A DNA stretch of 64,000 nucleotides from Planctomycetota bacterium (GTDB lineage: Bacteria > Planctomycetota > JAJSAM01 > JAJVHW01): NCBI GenBank assembly GCA_965248445.1, contig CBDFJG010000001.1, forward strand, positions 64,001 through 128,000, in the 5' to 3' direction. This document shows, in pieces, positions 21,684 through 31,514 of the stretch; the first letter of the stretch is position 1; the number at the start of each line of letters is the position of its first letter. The translations under genes and the position numbers were made by a program. The notes beneath the pieces are model-generated. The model saw nothing but the letters and a program-made list of their open reading frames with translations, was not told the DNA's origin and made no database searches.

Positions 21684-23139
21684 CACTCTGGCACCGGAGG
21701 GACCTCGAACGGGTCAGCCTCGGCCGAATGGACCGGCGGGGAAATCTTCCGCGCGTGACCGCGAAATAACGGCAGGGGGGGATGGAGCCTCCTCGGCGGC
21801 TCAGAACGGAGATTCCGGCGGCTGGCGCTCGCGCATCGTGGACCGCGGCGACGCGGCGCCCGGCGACCTCACGCTGAACCCGAAGAACTGGCGCGGCCAC
21901 CCCGCCGCGCAGCGTGACGCCCTCGCCGGTCTGCTCGACCAGGTCGGTTGGGTCCAGGACGTGGTCGTGAACCGCCGCACCGGCCATCTCGTGGACGGAC
22001 ACCTCCGCGTGGACCTCGCGCGGTCCCGCGGCGAGGCGACCGTGCCGGTGGTCTACGTGGACCTCTCCGAGGAGGAAGAGGTCCTCGTCCTCGCGTCGCT
22101 CGATCCGCTGGCCGCGATGGCGACCGCGAACCACGAGAAGCTCGTGTCGCTGCTCGGCGAGGCGAAGACCAACGACGCCGCGCTCCAGTCGCTCCTGTCC
22201 GATCTCGCGGCGCGCGCCGGGATGGGCGGCCACAGCACGGACGGGCTGACCGACCCCGACGACGTGCCGGACGCCCCCGACGAAGCCGTCACGCGACCCG
22301 GCGACCTGTGGGTGCTCGGGGACCACCGTCTGCTCTGCGGCGACAGCGGCAGAGCAGAGGACCTCGACCGGCTCCTCGACGGAGACGTCGTCCACCTCGT
22401 CAACACCGACCCGCCCTACAACGTGGCGGTCGAGCCGCGCAGCAACAACGCCATCGCCGCGAAGCGCGCGAAGCGATCGAACCACCAGCAGTCCGACGTC
22501 AACCGCGACCCGAGCAAGACCGTCGCGACGCACCAGCAGCTCCGCCCGCGCGACCGCGTGCTCGCGAACGACTGGCTGCCGGACTCCGAATTCGCGGCGC
22601 TGCTCCGCGCGTGGTTCGGGAACGTCTCCCGCGTCCTGCTGCCGGGCCGCAGCTTCTACATCTGGGGCGGCTACGCGAACTGCGCCAACTACCCGCCCGC
22701 CCTGGCCGAGGCAGGACTCTACTTCAGCCAGGCGATCATCTGGATGAAGGAGCACCCCGTCCTCACGCGCAAGGACTTCATGGGGAACCACGAGTGGGCC
22801 TTCTACGGGTGGAAGGAGGGCGTGGCCCACTACTTCGATCCCTCGGTCAACAACGAGACCGACGTGTGGTCCGTCAAGAAGGTGAACCCGCGCACGATGG
22901 TCCACCTGACGGAGAAGCCCGTCGAGTTGGCCGCACGCGCGATCCGCTACTCGTCGCGGCCGGGCGAGACGGTGCTCGACCTCTTCGGCGGTTCGGGCTC
23001 GACGCTCATCGCCGCCGAGCAGCTCGGTCGCCGCGCGCGAGTCATGGAACTGGACACTCTCTACTGCGACGTGATCGTCAAGCGGTGGGAGGCGTTCACC
23101 GGAAGCAAGGCCGAGCGCGCCCAGGAGGCGGCGGCGTGA
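21676..23139 (+). CDS. ParB-like N-terminal domain plus N4/N6 DNA methyltransferase
   Basis: ParB-like 'LNPKNWRGH...LVDGHLR'; catalytic 'TDPPYN'; SAM-binding 'VLDLFGGSGST'; GGAGGAGG RBS. Confidence 0.92.
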   Translation: MSDTLAPEGPRTGQPRPNGPAGKSSARDREITAGGDGASSAAQNGDSGGWRSRIVDRGDAAPGDLTLNPKNWRGHPAAQRDALAGLLDQVGWVQDVVVNRRTGHLVDGHLRVDLARSRGEATVPVVYVDLSEEEEVLVLASLDPLAAMATANHEKLVSLLGEAKTNDAALQSLLSDLAARAGMGGHSTDGLTDPDDVPDAPDEAVTRPGDLWVLGDHRLLCGDSGRAEDLDRLLDGDVVHLVNTDPPYNVAVEPRSNNAIAAKRAKRSNHQQSDVNRDPSKTVATHQQLRPRDRVLANDWLPDSEFAALLRAWFGNVSRVLLPGRSFYIWGGYANCANYPPALAEAGLYFSQAIIWMKEHPVLTRKDFMGNHEWAFYGWKEGVAHYFDPSVNNETDVWSVKKVNPRTMVHLTEKPVELAARAIRYSSRPGETVLDLFGGSGSTLIAAEQLGRRARVMELDTLYCDVIVKRWEAFTGSKAERAQEAAA

Positions 23140-23312
23140 AGCGCGTGTTCGTCTGCTCACCCTGGCGGGAGGACCCCGTGCGCGGCGCGGCGACCCTGCG
23201 CGCGGTCCTGCGCGACGTACTGCGGGAGGGGAACGCGCCGTTCGCGCCCCACGGGCTCTACCCGCAGGTGCTCGACGACGCGCTGGCCGAGCAGGAGGCG
23301 CGTCGTGGGTAG
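23136..23312 (+). pseudogene. Truncated phage protein (DUF4406/DUF7768-like)
   Basis: 'VFVCSPW...APFAPHGLYPQVLDD' ends after only 58 aa, running into terS. Confidence 0.55.
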
Positions 23313-23802
23313 GGCGCGCGCTCCGGGAGGCGGCCGCAAGCCCAAGCCCACGGCGCTCAAGGTGCTGGCAGGGAACCCCGGCAAGCGCAAGCTCAACGAC
23401 CGCGAACCGAAGCCCAGGGCCGTGATCCCCAAGTGCCCGAAGATCCTCCAGGGCGAGGCGCGTTCGGAGTGGCGGCGCATCGCCAAGAAGCTCCACGCGC
23501 TCGGGCTCCTCACCGAGATCGACGGCGCGGCGCTCACGACCTACTGCCTGACGTGGGCACGGCTCGTCGATGCCGAGGAGAAGCTGCGCCAGCACGGCAC
23601 GATCATCATCTCGCCGAACGGCTTTCCCGTTCAGTCGCCCTACCTCAGCATCGCGACCAAGGCGACCGAGCAGCTCGTGCGGGTTCTCGTTGAGTTCGGG
23701 ATGACCCCGTCGTCGCGTGCCCGTGTCCAGGTCCCGCAGGCGCCGGCTGCCGCCCAGGACCCGGAGCTCGAGCGGTTCTTCGGCGCGTCCGGTGGTGCGT
23801 AG
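23305..23802 (+). CDS. terS: Terminase small subunit, P27 family
   Basis: 'GRKPKPTALKVLAGNPGKR', 'QSPYL', 'EFGMTPSSRARV'. Confidence 0.93.
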   Translation: MGRARAPGGGRKPKPTALKVLAGNPGKRKLNDREPKPRAVIPKCPKILQGEARSEWRRIAKKLHALGLLTEIDGAALTTYCLTWARLVDAEEKLRQHGTIIISPNGFPVQSPYLSIATKATEQLVRVLVEFGMTPSSRARVQVPQAPAAAQDPELERFFGASGGA

Positions 23803-26599
23803 CGACGACCGCGCCGCCGCGACCGAGGCCGCCGTCCGCGCGAACGCCGAGGCGCGCGAGCGGTGGCCCGGCGTCACGATCGCCATCGACGACGCGGACG
23901 GGCGCTACTGGTTCGACGAGACCGAGGCCGCGCGCGCCGTGGACTTCTTCCCGACGTTCCTCAGGCACCTGAAGGGCGAGTTCGCGGGTCGGGCGTTCGA
24001 GCTCTTGGACTGGCAAGCGGAGCTGCTCGTCCGTCCGCTCTTCGGCTGGAAGCGGCCGAGCGACGGCCTGAGGCGGTTCCGGCGCGTGTTCCTGGAGATC
24101 GCCAAGAAGAACGGCAAGGCTCTCGGCCTCGACACGCCGATCCCGACGCCCGCGGGCTGGAGAACGATGCGCGACCTGCGTCCCGGGGACCGCGTCTTTG
24201 GGGCCGACGGGCATCCGATCCACGTGGTCGCCGCCACAGGCGTCCTGCACGGCCGCGAGTGCTTCCGCGTACGCTTCTCCGACGGCACGTCGCTGGTCGC
24301 CGACGCCGATCACCTCTGGTACACCGAGGCGCGCTCGGCGGGCGAGCAGGCCAGGGGACGGGCGGGGTCGATCCGCACCACGCGCGAACTGCACGCGACC
24401 GTGACCGGCCCGTTCCTCGGTGCGGGCGTGCGGTCGAACAACCACCGCATTCCGGTCGCCGCCCCCCTACGCCTCCCGCCGGCACGCCTCCCCATCCCGC
24501 CGTACACGCTCGGCGTCTGGCTCGGCGACGGCGACTCCGCCGGGAGTGGCGTTACGATCAATGATCGCGACCTCGACATCCTGGCGCACGTCTGGGACGA
24601 GGGCATCCCGCTGCGCGAGACCGCGGCGCAGCCTGGCTGCTCGCACTTCCGGCTCGGCCTCCAGAACCAGCCCAGCGTGCTCGACGGCGTGTCGCTCCAA
24701 GGGGTGCTCCGCGACCTCGGCCTGCTCGGCGACAAGCACATCCCGGCCGTCTACCTGCGCGCCTCGTTCGAAGAGCGCATGGCGCTCGTGCAGGGGCTCA
24801 TGGACACCGACGGCACTGCGAGCAAGGCGGGCGAGTGCGAGATTACGACCGTCCATCCGAGGCTCCGCGACGGCATCGTGGAGCTGCTGCGGAGTCTCGG
24901 ATTCAAGCCGTCCGTGCGCGAGGAGCGGGCCGTCCTCGACGGCCGAGACTGCGGCCCGTGCTACGACATCCAGTTCCGCTCATGGTCTGACGATCGGCCG
25001 GTGTTCCGGACGCCGTGGAAGCTCGGTCGCTTGAAGCCGCGCCCCAACCGCCGGCCGCGCTCCACGTCGCGCTACGTCGTCGCCATCGAGCCCGTGCCGT
25101 CAGTGCCCGTGCGCTGCATCCAGGTGGACGCGCCCGACGGGCTCTTCCTGGCGGGCGACGGGATGGTCCCCACGCACAACAGCGGGATGTGCTCGGGGCT
25201 CGGGCTCTACCTGCTGCACTGCGACCGGGAGCCCGGCGCCGAGATCCTGGCCGCTGCGGCCGACCGCGAGCAGGCGGGCATCGTCTTCAACGAGGCGCGC
25301 GACATGAACGAGGTGAGCCCCGCGCTCGCCGGTCGCTCGGAGACCTACCGACGGTCCATCGTCGTGCCCGAGACGCGCTCCTCGTTCAAGGTCGTCAGCA
25401 GCGACGTGAAGGGTCGCCACGGCCCGAACATCCACGCGCTGCTCTTCGACGAGTTCCACGCGCAGCCCAACCGCGCGCTGTACGAGACGCTGGCGAAGGG
25501 CGTCGCGGCGCGGCGGCAGCCGATCGTACTGCTCATCACGACGGCGGGCGACGACCACGACTCGGTCTGCTACGAGGAGTATGAGTACGCGCGCCGCGTG
25601 ATGTCGGGCGTCTACGAAGACGAGACGTACCTGCCGATCGTCTTCGAGGCGGCCGAGGAGGACGACTGGCGCGACCCGGCGACGTGGGCGAAGGCCAACC
25701 CCTCACTCGACGTCACCGTCAAGCGCGACTACCTCGAAGCCGAGTGCCGCGCCGCTCAGGTCGAGCCCCGCAAGCAGAACGCCTTCAAGCGCCTGCACCT
25801 GAACGTCTGGACGCGGACCACCGACGTGTGGATTCCCGTGGAGTGGTGGAAGGCGTGTCCGCCGCTCCCGCCGATCGACACGCTCGCCGGGCTCCCCGTG
25901 GCGGGCGGCCTCGACCTCTCCAGCACGACGGACCTCACGGCGTTCGTGCTGGTGTTCCGGCTCCCGGCGACGACGACGGACGCCGAGGCCGTGGAGGTCG
26001 CGGAGTTCGACGAGTCGGGCGAGCCGATCAAGCGCACGCTCTCCATCAACTACGACCTGGCGGTCGTCCCCTACCTCTGGATGCCCGGGGACCGGATGCG
26101 CGAGCGGTCGCGCGAGGACGGCGTGGACTACGGCGTGTGGGAGCGCGCCGGGCACCTGCGGACCACGCCCGGCAGCGTCGTGGACTACGACTTCATCTAC
26201 CGCTCGATCGTGGACGAGATCGCGCCGCGCTACAAGGTGCGCCAGATCGGCTACGACCCGTGGAACGCGCTGCAGTTCGCGCTCCAGCTCGAGAAGGCGG
26301 GGTTCGACGCGATCGAGGTCCGGCAGGGGCCGCGCACGCTCTCGGCCGCCTGCAAGGTGCTCCACGCGCTCGTGAAAGCGGGCCGCGTCCACCACGCGGG
26401 CAACCAGACGATGACGTGGTGCGTGGCGAACACCGCCGTCAAGGAGGACGAGAACGAGAACGTCCGCCCCGTGAAGTCGAGCCCGAAGAAGCGCATCGAC
26501 GGCGTCGTCGCGGCCGTCACGGCTCTCTCCAGGCTGATGGTGCTGCCGGACCGTCCGGCGTCCCCGTACACCTACAGGGGCGTGCGCTCGGTCGGTTGA
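23795..26599 (+). CDS. terL: Terminase large subunit containing an intein
   Basis: Walker A 'KKNGK|S' split by the intein; Walker B 'LLFDEFH'; 'ITTAG'; nuclease 'GLDLS', 'KRIDG'; GTG start ~23792/23795. Confidence 0.93.
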   Translation: MRSDDRAAATEAAVRANAEARERWPGVTIAIDDADGRYWFDETEAARAVDFFPTFLRHLKGEFAGRAFELLDWQAELLVRPLFGWKRPSDGLRRFRRVFLEIAKKNGKALGLDTPIPTPAGWRTMRDLRPGDRVFGADGHPIHVVAATGVLHGRECFRVRFSDGTSLVADADHLWYTEARSAGEQARGRAGSIRTTRELHATVTGPFLGAGVRSNNHRIPVAAPLRLPPARLPIPPYTLGVWLGDGDSAGSGVTINDRDLDILAHVWDEGIPLRETAAQPGCSHFRLGLQNQPSVLDGVSLQGVLRDLGLLGDKHIPAVYLRASFEERMALVQGLMDTDGTASKAGECEITTVHPRLRDGIVELLRSLGFKPSVREERAVLDGRDCGPCYDIQFRSWSDDRPVFRTPWKLGRLKPRPNRRPRSTSRYVVAIEPVPSVPVRCIQVDAPDGLFLAGDGMVPTHNSGMCSGLGLYLLHCDREPGAEILAAAADREQAGIVFNEARDMNEVSPALAGRSETYRRSIVVPETRSSFKVVSSDVKGRHGPNIHALLFDEFHAQPNRALYETLAKGVAARRQPIVLLITTAGDDHDSVCYEEYEYARRVMSGVYEDETYLPIVFEAAEEDDWRDPATWAKANPSLDVTVKRDYLEAECRAAQVEPRKQNAFKRLHLNVWTRTTDVWIPVEWWKACPPLPPIDTLAGLPVAGGLDLSSTTDLTAFVLVFRLPATTTDAEAVEVAEFDESGEPIKRTLSINYDLAVVPYLWMPGDRMRERSREDGVDYGVWERAGHLRTTPGSVVDYDFIYRSIVDEIAPRYKVRQIGYDPWNALQFALQLEKAGFDAIEVRQGPRTLSAACKVLHALVKAGRVHHAGNQTMTWCVANTAVKEDENENVRPVKSSPKKRIDGVVAAVTALSRLMVLPDRPASPYTYRGVRSVG
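24119..25180 (+). mobile_element. Class-3 intein (354 aa) with LAGLIDADG homing endonuclease
   Basis: Starts Ala (ALGLDTPIPTPAGW); block B 'DADHLW', block F 'VRCIQV', block G 'PTHN' followed by Ser+1; LAGLIDADG motifs 'LGVWLGDG' and 'VQGLMDTDG'. Confidence 0.92.
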
Positions 26600-27381
26600 C
26601 CAGACTCGTCGTCGCTGACTGAAGTCGCGCTACTCGATGCTAGGTCCTCCGGCCATAGGAAGTACGGACCGAACCTCTTCGACACCTTGCGCTCGCCACC
26701 TGCCGCAACGCCGGACGGCGTCAGCCGATGGTCATCACCGGCGGGAACGAGGTAGCCGCGTGCCACCAACCGCTCCAACACCTGCGCCGCCTTCAACTTG
26801 TGCTTCCGCCCGAGCTTCGAAGTCGACAGCTTCTTCTCACCGCTGCTCTTCGGCGGCGCGTCCGCCTTTGCCTCCGCAACGGTCGGTGCCGCCGATGCCG
26901 GTTCGGACACACGCTCTGGCTCGGCTTCGCGAACGACCTTCTCGACGGACAGACGAACCTCGTCGCTGATCCGCAGGAGTCGGCGAGCCTCTTCGTAGAT
27001 CGCGTCGTAGAGGTCCGGTTCGCTCTGCCGCTCGACGAGCATCCCCATCTCGTGGTTGTTCACCTGGCTGAACTCGTAGAGGTTCATCGAGGCGACGATC
27101 GCCGTGGACTCGTTCAGATAGCACTTGGCGTGCAAGTTCTTGCAGAAGCTGGTTCGCACCGAGGAGAGGGAGCGGAGCCACGTGATCTCCTGCGGCTGCA
27201 GTTCGCTCTTCCCGTAGACGATCTGGATATTGATCTTCATCCGATCTTGGTCTTCCAGGCGCTGCCGGACGCGCTCGTTGAACTTCAGGTACGGGCTGAT
27301 GATGAAGATCTCCCGCTTCGCCTCCTTGAAGATCTGATCGAGTCGGTAGTTGATGCCATTGGTGTCGAGGAACTCGGCCAC
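26572..27381 (-). CDS. Phospholipase D-family (HKD-type) protein, moron antisense to the packaging operon
   Basis: 'IISPY', 'LHAKCYLNE...ASMNLY...NNHEMG'; own AGGAG RBS; linker then small C-terminal winged-helix-like domain. Confidence 0.85.
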   Translation of the reverse strand: MAEFLDTNGINYRLDQIFKEAKREIFIISPYLKFNERVRQRLEDQDRMKINIQIVYGKSELQPQEITWLRSLSSVRTSFCKNLHAKCYLNESTAIVASMNLYEFSQVNNHEMGMLVERQSEPDLYDAIYEEARRLLRISDEVRLSVEKVVREAEPERVSEPASAAPTVAEAKADAPPKSSGEKKLSTSKLGRKHKLKAAQVLERLVARGYLVPAGDDHRLTPSGVAAGGERKVSKRFGPYFLWPEDLASSSATSVSDDESGQPTERTPL

Positions 27382-27527
27382 GCGAATCTCCTGTGTTGGG
27401 GTCTCACGCCGGGGTTGACTCCAGCGCCTTCCAGACTGCCAGGAAGAGCGCCGATCGGGCGAACGATGACGGGCCGCGCAGACTCCGCACGTGGCGCGAG
27501 GCTCCGCGCGACCGCATCGTCGGACGG

Positions 27528-28781
27528 GTGCCGAGCCCGTCGTCCCGCCGCAGCCTCATCGCCCGCGTCCGCTCGGGCATCCGCGCGTTCCTCCTGAGCA
27601 ACGAGCCCCCGGCGTGGTTCTGGCGCACGCCGGGCGTGAACCAACCGGTCACGTCGGGCGTCACGGTCACCGACCAGTCCGCGCTCCAGGTCACGGCGGT
27701 CCTCTCCTGCGTGAAGGTGCTGGCCGAGTCCATCTCGACGCTGCCGCTGATGGTGTTCGAGCGTCAGGCCAACGGCGACAAGCGGGCTGCGCCCGACCAC
27801 CCGCTCTCGGAGATCCTGCACACGCTCGCCAACGAGGAGAGCACGGCGCAGTCCGTTCGCGAGACGCTCTGCGCGCACGTCCTGCTGCGCGGCAACGCCT
27901 ACGCGCGCGTCGTTCGGGACGGCGGCGGCGACGTGCGCGAGATCTGGCCCATCGCGCCGGGTTGCGTTCAGGCCGACCGACCGCAACCCGGCGGTCCACT
28001 GGTCTTCCGCGTTTCCGAGACCGGCGTGCCGCCCGAGACGCTGCGCGCCGATCAGGTCTGGCGCATCCCCGGCCTATCCTGAGGTGGCGCGACCGGGCTC
28101 TCGCCCATCGGCGTCGCGCGGGAGAGTGTCGGTCTCGCGCTTGCGCTGGAGACCAACACCGCGTCGGCGCTCAAGCACGGCGCGCGGATTGCCGGGATCG
28201 TCACGCATCCGCACGTCATGGACGACCCCGAGTACAAGCGGTTCAAGGAGTCGTGGGACGAGGCGTACGGCGGCGTCACGAACGCCGGGAAGACCGTGAT
28301 CCTCGAACAGGGCGCGCGCTTTGAGAAGGTCGGGATGACGTTTGAGGACCTGCAGTTCTTAGAGCTCAAGAAGTTCCAGGTGGCCGAGATCGCGCGGCTC
28401 TTCCGCGTGCCGCTCCACATGCTGTTTGACGAGCGGGCGCAGCCGCGCGCCAACATGGAACAGGCGTCGCTGGAGTTCGTGGTCTACACGCTGCGGCCCT
28501 GGCTCGTGCGCTTCGAGCAGACCATCGCGCGTGACCTGCTGCTCCCCACCGAGCGCCGCCGCTACTTCGCCGAGCACAACGTCTCGGGGCTGCTGCGCGG
28601 CGACTTCGCGACGCGCATGGCGGGCTACGCGCAGGGCCGCCAGTGGGGCTGGTGGTCCGTCAACGACATCCGCCGGCTGGAGAACCTGAACGGCATCCCC
28701 GAGGGGGACACCTACCTCCAGCCGCTCAACATGGCCCCGGCGGGTTCCGTGCCCGAGGGCGCTTCGGAGAACGCCGCATGA
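27528..28781 (+). pseudogene. HK97-family portal protein with in-frame TGA at 28080-28082
   Basis: 'AVLSCVKVLAESISTLPL', 'LLRGNAY', 'GLS*GGATGLSPI', 'QFLE...EIARLFRVP', 'NDIRRLENL'; both halves are in the same frame. Confidence 0.9.
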
Positions 28782-29557
28782 CCACCGCCCAGGATCGCCA
28801 CCGCCTCTACGCGCTCGACGCGCCGACCGACGAGTCGCCCACCGCAACGCTCCACCTCTACGACGTGATCGGCGAGGACCTGCTCGGCGGAACGCCCGCT
28901 CGCCTCGTCGCACACGATCTCGACGCGCTGGGTGACGTTCCCGAGATCGTCGTGCGGCTGAACAGTCCCGGTGGCGACGTGTTCGAGGGCGTCGCGATCT
29001 ACAACGCGCTGGTCCGGCACCCCGCCCGCGTGACGGTTCACGTAGACGGGATCGCCGCGTCGATCGCGTCGCTCGTCGCGATGGCCGGAGACCGCACGGT
29101 CGTCGCGGAGAACGCGATGTTCATGGTCCACCGCCCCTGGACGGCGGTCGTCGGCGACGCCGAGGAGATGCGGCGGCAAGCGGGCACGCTCGACAAGGCG
29201 TGGTCTGCGATGCTCGCGACGTACCAGCGACGGACCGGCCGCCGCGCGGCCAAGATCGAGAAGGCCGTCGCGGATGCGGGCGGGGAGTGGTGGATGACCG
29301 CCGAAGAGGCGGTCGCGGCCGGGTTCGCTGACGCCGTGGAGAAGACCGCGAAGAAGGCGCAGGCGTTCGGGCTCTCACGCTTTCGCCGCGTTCCCGAGCG
29401 GCTTGCGGCGTCTTCTGACGACGAGCACGTCCCCGCCGCCGGACCGCCCTGCGTACTGGAGATCGCTCCGTCCCCGGTCGAGGCCGACGTGCCCTCGCCG
29501 GGCATGTCTCGGGCAGCCCGTCGGCGGGTCGTCGAGGTTCTGCGCCTTTCGATTTGA
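28778..29557 (+). CDS. ClpP-type prohead maturation protease
   Basis: 'LNSPGGDVFEG', 'DGIAASIAS', 'MFMVH', 'TAEEAVAAGFAD'. Confidence 0.92.
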   Translation: MTTAQDRHRLYALDAPTDESPTATLHLYDVIGEDLLGGTPARLVAHDLDALGDVPEIVVRLNSPGGDVFEGVAIYNALVRHPARVTVHVDGIAASIASLVAMAGDRTVVAENAMFMVHRPWTAVVGDAEEMRRQAGTLDKAWSAMLATYQRRTGRRAAKIEKAVADAGGEWWMTAEEAVAAGFADAVEKTAKKAQAFGLSRFRRVPERLAASSDDEHVPAAGPPCVLEIAPSPVEADVPSPGMSRAARRRVVEVLRLSI

Positions 29558-29619
29558 ACGACCCTCCGTACACCTCGACGCTCGGGGGAGCCGAACGGCC
29601 CCACCCGGAGGAACCGCCC

Positions 29620-30858
29620 ATGTCGAAGGTGCTCGAACTCAAGCGCGCGCGGAAGGATCTCGTCGCCAAGCTCGCGCCGCTCGCCGAGAAGGACGACCTC
29701 GAGCCCGACGAGGCCACCGCGTTCGCGGACATGCGCGCCGAAGTGGAGAGCCTCGGGAGCCGCATCGAGCGGCTGGAGTTCGTCGATGGCGAGCGCGCGG
29801 TACTGGGCCGCCTCGACCCCGTGCCGAGCAAGCCGCGTCCCGAGGTGGAACCGGTCAAGAAGCCGCGCTCGCGCATCGTGAACCCCGGCTTCGAGTGCCT
29901 CGGCGAGATCGTCTACTGCGCCCGCTTCCAGCCCGGTGACTCGCGACTGCGTGCTCTCCAGGAGATGGGCGTCGGCGAGTCGGGCGGCTTCGCGATCCCC
30001 GACGAGTTCAACCCCACGCTGCGCGAGGTCTCGCCGCAGGAGGCGATCGTGCGCCCGCGCGCAACGGTCGTCCCCGGTGGGTCATCGCCCGACGCCGACC
30101 TCGTGCTCCCCGCGCTCAACCAGGGCACGGGCTCCAACATGTACGGCGGCGTCGAGGTCTCGTGGATCGCCGAGGGGGGCGACAAGCCCGAGACGGGCGC
30201 CAAGCTCCGCGAGTGCCGCTGGAGTCCCAAGGAGGTCGCGGCGCACATCGTCGTGACCGACAAGCTCCTGCGGAACTGGTCGGCTGCCACGACGCTCATC
30301 GAGCGCATGCTGCGCGACGCGCTGCTCGCCGCCGAGGACGTGGCGTTCTTCTCCGGCAACAGCGCGGGACGCCCCAGCGGCATCCTCGCGTCGGACGCGC
30401 TGATCAAGGTCAACCGCGCGGGTGCCGGAGCGGTCGCGTACGACGATCTCGTGGACATGGAGGCCGAGCTGCACGAGGACGGCCAGGCCGTCTGGGTCGT
30501 GAACCCCCGCGTGATCCCGGTGCTTCGCAAGATGGAGGACACCGCCGGTCACCTGATCTGGCAGGAGCACGCGCGCTCGGGCGCGCCCGCGACGCTGCTC
30601 GGCCGCCCGGTGGTGAAGAACTACCGCAGCCCCGCGCTCGGGGCGCTCGGCGACGTGCTGCTCGCGAACCTGTCCTACTACCTCATCAAGGACGGCGTGG
30701 ACGTGACGGTCGCGGCCAGCGAGCACGTGCTCTTCAAGCAGAACAAGACGGTCGTGAAGGCCTTCAAGACCGTCGACGGCGGTCCGTGGCTCGACGGCCC
30801 GATCGCGCAGGAGGACGGGAACAAGTACAGCCCGTTCGTCGCGCTCGACGTCCCCTAG
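29620..30858 (+). CDS. HK97-fold major capsid protein
   Basis: Coiled-coil delta domain, 'GGFAIP', 'WIAEG', 'G.PSGIL', 'TLLGRPV'; GGAGG RBS. Confidence 0.92.
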   Translation: MSKVLELKRARKDLVAKLAPLAEKDDLEPDEATAFADMRAEVESLGSRIERLEFVDGERAVLGRLDPVPSKPRPEVEPVKKPRSRIVNPGFECLGEIVYCARFQPGDSRLRALQEMGVGESGGFAIPDEFNPTLREVSPQEAIVRPRATVVPGGSSPDADLVLPALNQGTGSNMYGGVEVSWIAEGGDKPETGAKLRECRWSPKEVAAHIVVTDKLLRNWSAATTLIERMLRDALLAAEDVAFFSGNSAGRPSGILASDALIKVNRAGAGAVAYDDLVDMEAELHEDGQAVWVVNPRVIPVLRKMEDTAGHLIWQEHARSGAPATLLGRPVVKNYRSPALGALGDVLLANLSYYLIKDGVDVTVAASEHVLFKQNKTVVKAFKTVDGGPWLDGPIAQEDGNKYSPFVALDVP

Positions 30859-30882
30859 ACCGCCTGACGGAGGAGACCCCAC

Positions 30883-31281
30883 ATGACGCGCAAGCTCACC
30901 GAGGCGCTCGCCATCGACGCCATCGTCCCGCCCCAGGACGTGGGGACGGCGGACGTGACCGGCACCTGGATCGACGTGGCCAAGTGCGGGCGCTTCGCCG
31001 TGCTCGCGAAGGCGGGCGCGGTCACGGCCGGAAAGATCCTGACCGTGCAGCTGCGCCAGGCGCAGGACGCCTCGGGCACCGGCGCGAAGGACCTCGGCAC
31101 GGCGGTCACGGCCGTCGGCGTCGGCGGGGCCGCGCCCCCCGACGTGGAGGTCGAGAAGGTGAACCCCGACCTCGACGGCGCGAACGGCTTCACGCACGTG
31201 ACCGCCGTGCTGGGCATCGACGAGAACGCCAAGCTCGGCGCGGCCTGGGTCGTGCGGGGCGAGCGCCGCTACATCCCGTAG
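30883..31281 (+). CDS. Putative capsid-associated/decoration protein
   Basis: Beta-rich protein directly after the capsid gene ('QAQDASGTGAK'); GGAGGAG RBS. Confidence 0.6.
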   Translation: MTRKLTEALAIDAIVPPQDVGTADVTGTWIDVAKCGRFAVLAKAGAVTAGKILTVQLRQAQDASGTGAKDLGTAVTAVGVGGAAPPDVEVEKVNPDLDGANGFTHVTAVLGIDENAKLGAAWVVRGERRYIP

Positions 31282-31305
31282 CGGCCGACCGACCGGAGGT
31301 GACGC

Positions 31306-31511
31306 ATGGGTTACGAGGTCGTCTCGCGCTTCTACGACCGTGACCGGGACCGCTACGTGGACCCCAGCCCTGCCCTGCACTCTCCGAGGAGACGGCCGCG
31401 CGCCTCGTCCGCGCCGGCTGCTTCGTCGCGGTCCCGGCCGCGCGCAAACCCAAGCGCGGACGCAAGAACGCGGGAGCGGGCGATCCGCCCGCCGACCCGC
31501 CGTCGGCGTGA
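31306..31511 (+). pseudogene. Small head-region gene, probably frameshifted
   Basis: GGAGG RBS and 'MGYEVVSRFYDRDRDRYVDP', after which the frame degenerates into low-complexity sequence; end uncertain. Confidence 0.35.
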
Positions 31512-31514
31512 CCC

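Noticed and set aside
28080..28082. In-frame TGA in the portal as evidence of stop-codon reassignment or selenocysteine
   Set aside because: Many neighbouring element genes end in TGA with ATGA/GTGA coupling, and this is the only such case; a TGG-to-TGA nonsense change or a sequencing error is simpler.
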